Positions 21,548 through 33,773 of a DNA stretch of 64,000 nt are shown piece after piece (the stretch's first letter is position 1; each line of letters begins with the position of its first letter). The stretch spans positions 3,844,001-3,908,000 of the forward strand of contig AP024664.1 in NCBI GenBank assembly GCA_024346625.1. Reading direction: 5' to 3'. The notes under the pieces were generated by a model that saw nothing but the letters and a program-made list of their open reading frames with translations, was not told the DNA's origin and searched no databases. The position numbers and the translations under genes were made by a program. Source of the DNA: Williopsis jadinii (lineage: Eukaryota).

Positions 21548-24133
21548 TTAATGGCTCGACGATGGTCTGAAATGAGGGATCTTGAACATACTCAATCTCT
21601 TGGATTTTGTGTCATTTGGTGCAACGTTTGGGGATGGGCCTTTCCTTGCTGATGGCACCATAATTGTATGTGATCTTTTGATTGACTTATGCTTAGCCTT
21701 TTCCTGCTTTTCAGGCTGTGAACGTAATGATTGTGGTTTAAGCACCGACTTTTTGGGGATTGTTGACGCCCAAAAAGCCAGTTGATGCCTGTTGAGGTCC
21801 AAGACTGGGTTAACTTCATCGCCATGGAGAACGTTGTTGAAAATCAGCAATTGAGAGACATCAAAGATTGGTCTATCTGGGTCACCATGACAATGTGTTA
21901 GGGAGTATTCGAACAGCGTCACCTCTTTCCGTTCGCCATGGACAGCTTTGATAACAGCTAACGAGGTATTGGCTCCATATATCAAGGCCTTGAGTACAAG
22001 GGGAATATTAGCGGAGTGAACAGCCTTGATAAGAGCATCGTTAGGGTTGAAGGATACATCCTTTTGTAAGAAGTCCTTATTCACATATTTTTTCACAATG
22101 TAGTTCTTTCTCTCCTCGTCGGAGCAGTCTGGCGAAATGGTTGTATCGTTGGCAAGGTATGAGTTCACCAGCCTATTGGAAACATGGTACAGCAGCTCAT
22201 GCATTTCCTTAGAGGCAAACACCTTCTCATCCAACTCCAAAGACCGTATCTTGGAGATGTGTGTTCCCATTGAGCGATGTACACCAGAACACTTAATACA
22301 CACAACAACAAGGAGGTTCAAAGATATCCATTCAACACCCACAGTGCTTCCGCAATCACAGCATTTCACATTGGATGTGTCAACATCTCTCACAAGCTGC
22401 AACGGCGTAGCGTCTCCAATCTCCAAAGCCTGGATATCTGATTGAGCGGGTATTTGTGAGGCCCTAGCCGCTGTCCTCACCACAGAGAGTCTTTTGGCGC
22501 TGTTCTTCTCATGGTTATATTGGTTATCATCTGCTTTCAATGCAGCAGCTTTGTTCAAATACTGTACCCATTCATCCCTCTCGTCTTCGCTGTTGACCTG
22601 GAACAACCGCTTCACGTTCTTTGGAGTTATAACCTCTATACAGTACTTCCGGTCCTTAAGAGTGTCCACACTTTTGATACAGGCAAAGGTGATGTCCAGG
22701 GGTTCATTCCGAAGCTTCTGAGGATGTTTATAGTCAACATATTCCAGAAAGAAGTTATCCTTAAGCGCTATAAGCTGTTTATGCCATCCACTCTTTCCTC
22801 TTCCTCCAAGGGTATAAAACACACCAGAGTTGGGAATGCCTGCCAACGGACTGCTTGGCCGCGCATCACCGTTGGTACTACTCTTCTTGCACATAGGTTT
22901 ACCTCCCTGTTTATCCTCACGTTGTCCGAAACTTAGTACAAGGACATCCCGCATCCCCTTTAGTTCCGATTGGTAGTTTTCCTTGTAGTTCTTGTATAGA
23001 AAGTCGATTTTGGGAATGTGTTTGTTGATGGTACACTCGGTTGGTGATGCCTTCGCGGCAGCGGCTGATTTGACCTGTGTTGTGTGTGCAACGAGGTACT
23101 GTGAGAGGTCCGTCAGCAACTTTCGCATTGCCAGCCCACCAACAAGCTCGTTGAGGAAATGGAAGTGGTCGAACCTCATTAACTCATAGTGACAGTAAGG
23201 GGGTTTTGCGCTTGTTGTAGCAACAGTCGAATGGTACTCTGCAAGGTCTTTGTTGTAGAGCTTTACCCTTGTGTGGAATGTACTGAATGCCGGTGAATTG
23301 TACAGGTCGATCAGTGGCGTAGTTACGTTCTGCACAAGTCTACCAGACTCTTCAATATCCCTCTTTGATTGCTCGGTAAGGGTGGATATCAGACTGCCCA
23401 CCATTTCAACCAGGATGTCATTCCCTAATCCATGGCCAAGGTTTGCCAGGTTCGACAGATAAGAAGAGAATCTTGACCTTGCCAATGCAACGTTTCTCAT
23501 TTGTTCATCCAATGTCTGTGCTCTTTTGATCAGCACTTTCAGAGTGCTTATCATTTCAACGATAAGCCTCTCTTTGGTTACTATTGCTCTTCTGTATTGC
23601 GTTCCATCGGAGGGTAGCTCCATCGGATGGTCTTCAAAGCCCTGTATTTCTGGTGATTCTTCAACCATCTCCATGCATTTGTCCACAACCACATATGAGC
23701 TCCATGAAACTAGGAGTTCATCTCCATATGATATTGCGATATAGTACTTGCCCGATTCTTTAACACATATTTCAAAAGTGACACCTGCGGCTTGATCATT
23801 TCTGAGACTACGCTGCACCACTGCATCAAGATCTGAATTCCAAACCTTGAGTTGTAAGTCTGGTCTGAGCTCATTATCCATGAATGACAAACGAATGTTG
23901 ATTTTCTTTGAGCTGGATAGATCTAATAAGAAAGGGAACTCCTTTTGATTTTGATTCTGAGTAAACTTCACAAGTGAGGTTGAGCTGATACTGATGGAGC
24001 CAGATTGGGATTTAACGGTGATTCGATCATCACTATCGGCTGATTCGATGGAGGCGGTCAGATCTAACACTGAAGAGTTTACAAACAAAGGATGCTCATA
24101 TCTCGATGAGTGTATGCTGGTGCTTTGTCCCAT
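21548..24133 (-). CDS. AGE1: ArfGAP with BAR-like, PH and ankyrin-like regions
   Basis: PH domain (GWHKQ...ERDEWV) and ArfGAP zinc finger CCDC...WISLNL..VCIKCSGVHR; synteny with SPS1. Confidence 0.85.
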   Translation of the reverse strand: MGQSTSIHSSRYEHPLFVNSSVLDLTASIESADSDDRITVKSQSGSISISSTSLVKFTQNQNQKEFPFLLDLSSSKKINIRLSFMDNELRPDLQLKVWNSDLDAVVQRSLRNDQAAGVTFEICVKESGKYYIAISYGDELLVSWSSYVVVDKCMEMVEESPEIQGFEDHPMELPSDGTQYRRAIVTKERLIVEMISTLKVLIKRAQTLDEQMRNVALARSRFSSYLSNLANLGHGLGNDILVEMVGSLISTLTEQSKRDIEESGRLVQNVTTPLIDLYNSPAFSTFHTRVKLYNKDLAEYHSTVATTSAKPPYCHYELMRFDHFHFLNELVGGLAMRKLLTDLSQYLVAHTTQVKSAAAAKASPTECTINKHIPKIDFLYKNYKENYQSELKGMRDVLVLSFGQREDKQGGKPMCKKSSTNGDARPSSPLAGIPNSGVFYTLGGRGKSGWHKQLIALKDNFFLEYVDYKHPQKLRNEPLDITFACIKSVDTLKDRKYCIEVITPKNVKRLFQVNSEDERDEWVQYLNKAAALKADDNQYNHEKNSAKRLSVVRTAARASQIPAQSDIQALEIGDATPLQLVRDVDTSNVKCCDCGSTVGVEWISLNLLVVVCIKCSGVHRSMGTHISKIRSLELDEKVFASKEMHELLYHVSNRLVNSYLANDTTISPDCSDEERKNYIVKKYVNKDFLQKDVSFNPNDALIKAVHSANIPLVLKALIYGANTSLAVIKAVHGERKEVTLFEYSLTHCHGDPDRPIFDVSQLLIFNNVLHGDEVNPVLDLNRHQLAFWASTIPKKSVLKPQSLRSQPEKQEKAKHKSIKRSHTIMVPSARKGPSPNVAPNDTKSKRLSMFKIPHFRPSSSH

Positions 24134-25154
24134 TAGGTTTCACTGCCTTTCTGAATGCAGATTTTGGACTAAAGTATAATAGAGGTTCCTGACATGAACA
24201 AGGGGAAAGGACGTGAGGGAAGAAGGCAAAAAAGGGCCTTCAGATTCAAATTTCACTAACACGCAACACTCTGTTTTTTCAACGAAGAATACGGTTATTT
24301 CAACACCCAGGTAATGTTACGGAACCTTAGATTTTGATCCGGAGGCATATTATGACGATGGCGCAGACTCTCCTGCCGCACAGGTGTGATACTCAAGCCC
24401 ACAAGGGCGGCTTGCTCAGCTTCTACATATATATTACCAATAAAGACCAAGTGGCCAGTTAGTACTGACTTGGAAAAAAAGAGTCCAGAATATGACTAAA
24501 TATAGGGACACATTCTTGTCCATGCAAAGAGACGTATTTGCTTGGGCATCGAGACCGTTCTTTTCTTCCCAACTTGCACATTTCTTGTCTGGGTGTGGAT
24601 AAGAAAATTTTTGATTGCGTTGACCGTTGTGAGTTGAAACCGATCAACAGCTGAGGTGGAATTAATTACATACATGAGAATTACAAATCTCCATTGGTTC
24701 AAATACCCGTGAATAGCAAGTCAATGCTTAGTAGGTTCTAAGGCAAAGCCAGCAAAAAACCCCAAGCCCAAAAATAATGTGGTGTCTCATGCTTAAATTG
24801 TGTCAGTCAGATGGTCTCGCTCACGCACGGGATTCGGGTGAGGACCCAAAGGTTCAGGAATGCACAGTTAAGCGAGGGTTTACGTAAGTAACATGAAAAG
24901 GGTGTACATAATAGCCACTTTGCTTCGATAACCAATGCTTAGTATATCTCGCACACTGTAGAGGTGACTGGTTTGAATCGTTGTAGTAAATTTGGAAATG
25001 GCTTGGATAGCATTGCATTTGTTAAACCGTAAATCGAATGTCATGTACGTGTGCTATACCGTAGATTTCTTAGTCCATAGACACGAGATGTAGACAGAGC
25101 CTTTCAAATGCGATCAAGGAGAAGGGGTTTAGGGCATAAATCATAATCCAAATG

Positions 25155-25171
25155 TATATATATATATATAT
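25155..25171. repeat. (TA)8 microsatellite
   Basis: TATATATATATATATAT read directly. Confidence 0.85.
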
Positions 25172-25212
25172 CATGTAGGAGTTACTACATACATCGCTGA
25201 AATCAGAAATGT

Positions 25213-25241
25213 CAGCCAGTTTGACTAATCCAAACTGGCTG
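25213..25241. repeat. Perfect 11-bp inverted repeat with a 7-nt loop
   Basis: CAGCCAGTTTG-ACTAATC-CAAACTGGCTG. Confidence 0.8.
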
Positions 25242-26169
25242 TCGAACTACAAGGCTGTTTCTCTTCCACCTAGATAAACGCCGTTGCAATTTACTCACGA
25301 GAGTTGAATATCTTGAGATAAATTTATTTCAGCTAGTCAAGGAAGAGAGACCTTATAATGCTTAGGAGAAGCAAAATAAGCCAAGAGCATTGCATAGATG
25401 ATGGTAGCAAATCGTTCTTTTGAGTTTCAATCAGAGTTCAAGTCTTAAAATAGCTTCATCTCAGTTATTAGAACTGATAAGCTTTACAGAAGTGCTGTAC
25501 TTGAGATAAATATCGAAGTATGAACCAGTGTAAAGAGAACAAGAACTACAGAATACTGCCAGGAGTAAGGACGCAACTCATATGTTAAATGAGTCATGTA
25601 GTCTCATAGCTGAGATAAGTTGCAAGGTTTGTAACATTCCAATGTCATTTCGAGTCTTCCCGAATAGGAGGAGAAACCATCAGCTCATTGGCCATCGTAA
25701 CACACACAACCGGAAAACATTATGCATATACCGTGACAACTTGTGAATTTCAGCTCAGCCCCGAACTTTGAGGCACTCTCAATGGGAGCGAAAAAAAAAG
25801 GCTCTGAATGTGTTGTTTGTCAATGGGCAAGACGGGCGCGACGGTAATCAGGAGAATGTCACCATCCGTTAACCTCGCCACTCCGGAAAGATTGGAAACA
25901 TATATCAAAAGATAGCTACAGTTGAAGATGAAGTAGAATATAAAGCTCCCCATAGGTTTGTATTAGTAGGAAGGTTATATATATAAAAGTCCCCTAGAAA
26001 ACCACTGTTATTTGCAAACGAAGAAAAAACCAGCAATAAAAAAATGATAAACAAAAGTGTATAAGTAGTAATTATCAGAAAACCATTTGTATTAAAACAC
26101 AAGTCAGTGATTGATGATAAAATAAAGAATAGAAATGTTCAAGATGTGGTGTTTTTCAAGTCAAATAAC

Positions 26170-26358
26170 TTAGAAGAGGAAAGCGACACCAGCGGCAACG
26201 GCAGCACCGAAGACACCAGCAGAGACAGCGTTGGAAGCAGCAGCACCAGTGGAGACAGAGGTGGTCTCGTTGGTACCGTTGGTACCGTTGGTAGCGTTAG
26301 AAACGTTTTGAGCAGCAGCGATGGAAGCGAGAGCGGCAATAACAATCTTGAATTGCAT
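26170..26358 (-). CDS. Tiny (62 aa) secreted, GPI-type glycoprotein (YDR524C-B/YCL048W-A-like)
   Basis: Signal peptide [17 protein letters not shown], five N-x-S/T sequons, hydrophobic C-terminus [15 protein letters not shown], biased codons, TATAAAA at about 26440-26446 on the minus strand, and a syntenic position after AGE1. Confidence 0.88.
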   Translation of the reverse strand: MQFKIVIAALASIAAAQNVSNATNGTNGTNETTSVSTGAAASNAVSAGVFGAAVAAGVAFLF

Positions 26359-29300
26359 TGTGATAATGTATACTGTTGTTGAAGAGAGGAAAGAGTCGAG
26401 GAAAGGAGGATTAAAAATTTTCAAGGGCTATTGGATTCCTTTTATATCAAAAAATCGGAAGAGACGCAGTTGATGCACCGCAAGTCTCACAAGCCCAAAA
26501 AAGCAGCAGAGGAAAAAAAAGCACGTTTCTTTTTTCCTTAGCGCCTTTGAAAGTTCTGGAATTTTTGCGTGTTTTTGCAGCGTAAAAATCTTTCTTTTCT
26601 TTTTGAGTGGCCACCGACAGGGGGATAGAGCGGGACTTACTAAACCGAATTGGGAAGTGAAAATAGCTTATTTGGGTCATGTCGAAGTCCAAACCCTTCG
26701 GGAAAACTTTAAAAGTTTTGTGTGTATGATTTGACTGGTCTTTTGTTAGTGGCGTCCGAGTGGTGTAAACAACTTTTAGGTTACATTTTGAGCGCGTAGC
26801 CTTTGAGATACTTTAGAGTGCTTTGGGCTTCCGGCTCTTCAAATAGATATGGGTTGTAGGGTTGCACTGTTCCTACGACAACACCAGTGCTTTGCGATTT
26901 AACCCACACACGCGTACTCGACGAATATTACCACGAGATGCGCGTTTTTGTTTCCTTTTTTGATTTCTAATAGTGGCGGAGGGTCGCACAATTCTTGTCA
27001 GGTGTCTCTCTACACATGGTGCACCCTTCTGGAGATGTACACACAATAGGAATTTACGTATATATTTCCAATCGTGCTAGATAAACTTCTCATCATCAAG
27101 CCACAGGGATGCACTAAAAAACAGCTTGTAGGATGCACTTAACCTGGGGCTTCATTATGTTACTTAGGACAATTGCACACAAGCACAATCATTGAACCTC
27201 AACCTCTTTTTGCGGGTTGAAGTGCACTGCAAGTAATCAGAAGCTGTAACTAAACCTCTCTAGAGTTCAATCCCCCCCACTTTTAATTGCCATATGCGTA
27301 AAATCATTAGATAGCAGTAACACAGCCAGAAGCAGCAGGGACAGGAGCAGGAATAGGTAGCTTCACGAATCCATGATAATGATTGTAAGTGCAATAATAA
27401 TGCTCGCACTATTGAGAAGTGAGCACACTACACTCCCAATTTGTTCACGTCTGTCGCAGGCATTCGGATGAACCTTTGTTGATCGTTGTGCGAGGATTAT
27501 TCGACCTGCTGCATGTGCCTTTGCCCTTGAAGATTTTCCGGCAGTAAGTGTGTTTCGACGCTCTAGACCTTTGTTTTGGTCTCTTCACATTCAAGTTTTC
27601 ATTCCCTTTTGGGATTAGACGCGCCGATTTGGGGAAACTTTCGGCGCGATCCTGCAAGAGTAATTTTTTGCTTTTTTAAGCACAGCCACATTATATTTTG
27701 AGAGCCTAGAATCTTTTAGAAGCACTTCTCGTGGACGCTGCGCTAAATTTAAACACATTGGCGTCTTACATTCCAACGTGTTGTGGTGTTGTGGTGCTAA
27801 AAATTTGACAAATTCATTCAAATCCCAAGACCGTGTTATCTTTATGACTCAGCGCCGTGCCGCCGGCGCTGCATTGGACTCTGGTCGATTTGCAATTACA
27901 AGTTGAGAACCCACTTGTTAAGCGATAGCTGGAGAGCCAGGATTTAAGATATGCAATTATTAAAGTGCCAACATTATCATCCATGTGTGGAGCTAGATGT
28001 TGACGTCTTTACAGACCAGTTAGCTTATTGGTGACTGTAGTAGATGAGATAAGCAGACATTATAGTGGATTGTTTCTAGTTGGAGGGTGGTTTTCACAGT
28101 TGTGACTGTGGCTTTGATTGATCGATTTCAAAGGTCCATGCCAAGGTATAGGGGCCATCTGTATAACACGCATTTATATACACCCTACCACTATCTACGT
28201 GTTACATAGTGCTACTGACATACCTGTGAATTGGATGACTGGATAAACAACTGAGCCGGGCGATGTGAACTTTACCAGCTTTTGGTTGACCAAGTTATCT
28301 TCGCGTTGTACGACTAATTGCTTGCATATTGCTTAAACTTATGTTAGATAAGGATCCTCGAACGCCCACCAGTGAACATAATTGCACTTGCAACTCGCAA
28401 GACGTGTCTATGGACCATATACTATAGGTGGTATTTCTCTGTAGCTGTTCTCGTTATAATAACAACATGTTCTGAGGAATTCAACTAAGATGCTCTATAA
28501 GTTGTGATGGAAACATGCTTGAATGGGGATCCCACGATGCAACTTCTCCCTTTCTCCTGGGCAAGGGGCTTATGGGCGTAGGCTGGGGAATGCGTTATGA
28601 ACACAGGGCAACGCGTTATAGATTCGTATCTGGAACCTTCGACAATTTATCTAGACCCTCCAACGTACCGACTTATTTGGTGAGTTTTGTCCTTGACACA
28701 TTTCATTGGATACGATAATGGACACCATGTGTATAGCCGCACATTTACAAGCATCGAATAATTGGCCGCCTATACACAGAGGCATCACAAAACCATTACG
28801 AACATTTCATGGAAAGATTGCACAACCTGTGCCCAATGATCTGCTTATGAGCCATTAAACGAACTGCTCAATGACAAGTGCTGTTAGCCTACGAATCAGT
28901 TGGTGTGCTTTCAAGACTTTGGTCTCAGGCTTTGAAAGTTTCAAAAGCCAAGAGGAGCATGATCAACGCTTTTTTCTTCTTCCTCCGATCGCGTATATAT
29001 CGCTGCGTCAGGGTCAATCTTGAACTTAATTCAGGTCCGAACATTTGCCTTGAGAAAGCTTGGGAAGGGGCTTACTCCTTCCACCAGAGAAAGACCTCCT
29101 CCTCGCTCCTGATCCTCCTTGGTCTTGTCTCCTTTCCCATACTGCTGAACACACGTGTGCATTTTGGAAACCAAGGTCTAGATCATTCAACAATCTTAGC
29201 CCATTACATGCTATGGTTGTACGTAGAAATGACCAGGGAGCTTATGAACGTAGATTCGGGCACTAAGGGCCCAATGCCCTATCCTCTCTGAACGGGCGAG

Positions 29301-30027
29301 AAACTAATGAAATTCACATCTAGAAGAATATAGGGATTTCTTGTTTCAGTACGTGGAACAGATATCTGAATCTTTAACCCAATAGAGCTGTCGATCGATA
29401 TCACGACGATCGTAACACAACAGCACGGTTGGAGTTGTGGTGTAGATCAAAGATCACTTCTGTGTGTGTCAATGTTTAAAGGAGTGTATCGGCTATGTAT
29501 AGACCTCAAAATCGGATGCTTGTCAAGATCGCTACTCTTCACATTGGGTGCTGTTGAATAACCCCAACACCTAACAAAGTAAGACACACGGTGCCATTGG
29601 ACTTCACCAACGTTCTCAGTTTAGTATGGGCGACTCGGTCATCTCGGACAATTAACAAGCAAAACAGCGTCATCTGACACTTTGACAACAGCCAGAGAAA
29701 TTCGTCCTCAGCCAACCTGACGAGGTGCCTGCGGAGGAGAGCCCGGGACACACCGCACATAACAAAGCTTCACAGCGTTGACTCCTTGAATTTCTCCAAA
29801 GCGGTGATAACCGTCGCTGTTTCTATGCAAAGGTTACAGCACCAAAAAACACACGGAGAAAGCCCAAGGAATGATACGTGCCACATGTGCCATACAATTG
29901 ATGCGAGCAACTATAACAAAGCTTTGTCTTGCCACATTTCCTACAAATAATTTTCCCCTTTGGACTTGTTGTCTCCTTTGTTTAGAAGAAAGTCATCCAC
30001 GTTGATTCCCGTATTGAGCATCCTACA

Positions 30028-30338
30028 ATGCACGCTAAAGATTGGTTCCTCGTGTTTATATCCTTCTTCCTCCCACCTGTTGCTGTTTTCATCAAGAGAG
30101 GAATCTCTGTTGATTGTGAGTACTCCACTTGCCTCCTGGTGCCCTTGTGGCTTGTAAGCTCACAGGACTAACGTTATGTTCAGTTTGGATAAACATCCTT
30201 TTGTTCTTGCTCGGGTTCTTCCCAGGTTTGGTTCATGCCCTATACATCATCTCACAATACCCAGAGGACGAGAGATCCACCTATCAAGGAGCAACTTATC
30301 CAGGCGCACAGGGTGCTCCAAATTATGGAGCCGTTTGA
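30028..30338 (+). CDS. SNA2: Pmp3/Sna family small membrane protein; exons 30028-30115 and 30184-30338
   Basis: Spliced product MHAKDWFLVFISFFLPPVAVFIKRGISVDFWINILLFLLGFFPGLVHALYII...NYGAV. Intron 30116-30183 has GTGAGT, GACTAAC and CAG. Confidence 0.9.
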
Positions 30339-31497
30339 TATATGCGGTCTGCGAACATGAACGCCTACCATGAGTATGAAGTGGTTGTTTGTATACATTA
30401 TTCTGACGGAATACGTATAATGGTGTGTGATATTTACCTTACATAGTGTAGTTTTTCTAGAATGTAGTTCAATTCACTGTTGTGAAACCTCTCATCTCGA
30501 AGTTGACATGGTGAGTCGTGAGGGCCACAATGTTGACTGCGCATATACAAGTCAGCCAAGGTAGGTGATCAGTCATGACGTCAATGCAGAACGCATCGAT
30601 CCACGAATGAACTTAACCATGTGGAAGACAATGAACAAGTCGTTTAACCATCTCAGCATGAGTTCCCTATAAAAGGCAACCAGCCAACTGGCAAAACGCC
30701 AGGGCTGGTCAAGAGAGAAGGCACGTTAACGGTGGTTTCAACCTCAAAAAGCAGAGGTCTTAGACCGTTAAGGATGGTCCAGTGATATATGAACGGTATG
30801 ATCTTCGCATAAAGACACATCAAGACGACGTATGGTTCTCCAATGCTTGAGGAACTAGTCGTTTGACTTAAGACATGCGATCTTTACCATAGTCTCGAAG
30901 GAACCGTCAACTGATCGGTTCACTGTGACTATTCAAACCAGAATGAGAGAGTCCACTATATCATTGTTTTGGAAGATAACTAGAACCCTCAATATGACAT
31001 AGTGGGCATAATATTATCGTTACAGGTGGGCATGATACTTCTTCAGGGACTCTTCCTCAATGTGTTCGGCTGGAAGAAAGACAGACGAAACAAAATTTTT
31101 CTTTCAGCTGCCCTTAAAATTCTGGTTAGGGCCAGTCATTTATATAAGCCATTTACAACACGCTACAAACATTTATTTCAAAAGATAATTGTTCGTTTCT
31201 TTGAATCCTTTAACGTATACCAGTACCCAAAACAGCATTCATATTGAATGCACAAAGTAAGAAAGTGAAATATATATATGCAAAAACAACCGTAAACAAC
31301 ACCATAAACAAACCTTTAAAAAACTTGCAAAAAAATCAAAAACACATAGTAGAATCAAATAGTGTACATGGAAGCCAAACTTATGAATGCATATCCGAAT
31401 CGTTGCGATGTACCATCACAGTTTTCTGTCATAAAAGTCTTTGTGTGGTATTTTATGTGATGGTATTCAGCAACTTCGCCGGTATGATTCAAAGCTT

Positions 31498-32424
31498 TTA
31501 GTATGAACCAATCAAACGACCCTTTTCAAGGTCTTCGGTTGTTGATTCGATAACTTCATCGTCATCGTCATCTTCAACCAATTCAATTGTTGCATACTTT
31601 ATCAAATCCCAACGTTTCCAGAAGGCAGTTGCCTCATCTAAGTCGTTAGACTCAAGGAAGTCTTGGAGGTAGTACTTAGCCTTCAACAGACGATCTTTAA
31701 GTTGTTGAAGTCTCAAGCTACCTGGTTGGCCGGAAACTCTCTTTCCGTCAACGTCGGATTCGTATTCGGTGATGTTTGTTGAGGCCGACTTGTAACCTTC
31801 GTCTTCGTCATCGTCTTCATCCTCGGATGTGTCGATAGAAGCTGGGGTAGCAGGTTGGTACGAGACGTCTGTATTGTACACTTCATCCTCAGCATATGAT
31901 GTAGCGTCACAATAACGAGCCCAAACCTCATCAATGGCAGAAACCAAATAGTCGAAGCAACGGTTTCTTGCAACTTTGTCACAATCAACTGTTCTTCTAA
32001 TCTTATTCTTTGAGTCAGAAGATAAACCAGCCAACGATTCACGATGAGTTCTAAAGTTCTCCTTCTCAGTTGGAATCGATGGAATCTTCTCCTCTTCCTT
32101 CCCAATCTCCTGAACTTTGTTGCCATTAAGGTCATCTTCATCGACATCGCTGTATTGTGAAACAGCAGTGTTCAACAAGGAATCGTTAAAGCCACTAGAC
32201 ACCCTTCTCATTGAGGATGCTCTTTTTCTTGCTCTCTTCTGCTTGTTCAAGTATCCAACTTCATCTTCAGAGTCATCATCTGAAGAAGATGAAGAGGAGA
32301 CGGAACGTGCAGCAAATGAGTTTGTTCTTGCCCAAGCTGGAGCAAGACATACTCTCTTCTGAGATGTAAATGTCACATCACCAACTGCACGCTTGTGAGT
32401 GTTATCAAAACTTAGAGTGGCCAT
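31498..32424 (-). CDS. Hypothetical protein (308 aa), acidic and disordered with two helical blocks
   Basis: ATG 32424; coding-like codon use; blocks ARNRCFDYLVSAIDEVWARYCD and LQQLKDRLLKAKYYL...FWKRWDLIKY. No family recognised. Confidence 0.8.
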   Translation of the reverse strand: MATLSFDNTHKRAVGDVTFTSQKRVCLAPAWARTNSFAARSVSSSSSSDDDSEDEVGYLNKQKRARKRASSMRRVSSGFNDSLLNTAVSQYSDVDEDDLNGNKVQEIGKEEEKIPSIPTEKENFRTHRESLAGLSSDSKNKIRRTVDCDKVARNRCFDYLVSAIDEVWARYCDATSYAEDEVYNTDVSYQPATPASIDTSEDEDDDEDEGYKSASTNITEYESDVDGKRVSGQPGSLRLQQLKDRLLKAKYYLQDFLESNDLDEATAFWKRWDLIKYATIELVEDDDDDEVIESTTEDLEKGRLIGSY

Positions 32425-33773
32425 AGTGAAAAATGTTGTCTTTATCAATAATATCCAAAAAGGGCAGCGAAATGCTTTTTTTTGCAAAAGTGGCGAAAAA
32501 AAACAGAATTTCACAGAGGACACGTAACACGAGAATAAAAAACTGAACAGCGCAGTGAAGCGGTCAGTGGGGTGTTTCAAGCTTAAAATATAAAGTTGTA
32601 ACAAAAAACAGAAAACGACCTTCTTAGAGAAATTAAGAAGTTTGAAGTGTTAAACTTGTTGTAGTTACCTCTTTAAATTTTTGATCTTTTATTTGGACAA
32701 GGAAAAGCAACAAATTATTCAAAGGTGAATTCTTTGTAGCCAAGTCGAAGTGTTCTTTGCCAAAAAAAAAGTGCGCGAAAAAACGGCGAAAATTTGTATT
32801 TGCTGGGTGGTTTTTTCAAAAAGGTCGTTGAGAGGAAAAACAAAGAATGGACAATTTTTAAAGATTCCTGAAAATTTTCAAAAATTTGTAAGGCGCGAAA
32901 ACCAATCCAGTGCTCTGATTGGTGGAAGGGGTAGGCTGCATCCAAATACCTCAGTAGGGTAACACATTGCCTTTCCAAAAAAGGACGGTACACGCCACAA
33001 TAGCTGCTATGGGTCGAAAGGGGCGTCGAAGGTTGGTGGCGAACGACGGAACCACTCGACAAACCCGGGCAGTTTATTTGAAATGTTATTATGGTAATAG
33101 TATCTAAAAAACAGTCAAAATATAGCTAGAATGTACGACTATAAGATATGCTGAATTTATGGAATTCGCTTAATAGGAAATATCTTTTATTTCGTTTTTT
33201 CTTCCAAATTGCTGTCCCACACCCACCTCCGTAACCCCTATTTTTTGTATTTTTCGCACTTTTTAACAAATATCCTAAAAGGGAAATTGCGCAAAAATGT
33301 TCTGCCTTACCCCATTGGTACCGCATTACGTCAGTAAGCTTCTAACGCAGATAACCATGATGCAATGGCCAGTGAACAATAGAACTTCCTTCTTGAAACG
33401 TTACGGCTCTCGTAAAAACAACGTATAAACCAAAGATAGAAGTGGCACCACTCTTGTGATCATTCGTTTAGAAAGTCCATCACATGGGCATAAGCTTTTG
33501 AATACCTCTCATACGTCATTATTATAACGTGGAATGGCTACATCACACAAATCTTCGGAATCTTCATCGACAAATATAGAAAGCATTATGTAAACGTTGC
33601 TTGATGTTATCAGAGCGGACATGTCTACCTGGAACAATTCCAAAGAACATCACGCTGCGACTACAATCTGAGTACCACGACCAGCACTTTTATTAATTGC
33701 ATAAGACTTTAAGTTTATAGACTACATATGTACTTCTACGTACATATGCATAGCCTTGTCTAAATCATGACGG

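Noticed and set aside
28878..29291. 137-aa ORF in the long intergenic region
   Set aside because: Non-ATG start, no motifs and no coding-like features.
30886..30897. ACCATAGTCTCG, resembling the remembered 5' end of snR30
   Set aside because: I did not see the conserved 3' m1/m2 motifs downstream; an isolated short match.
30478..31000. Possible solo LTR starting with TGTTG
   Set aside because: No matching CAACA end, target-site duplication or second copy seen.
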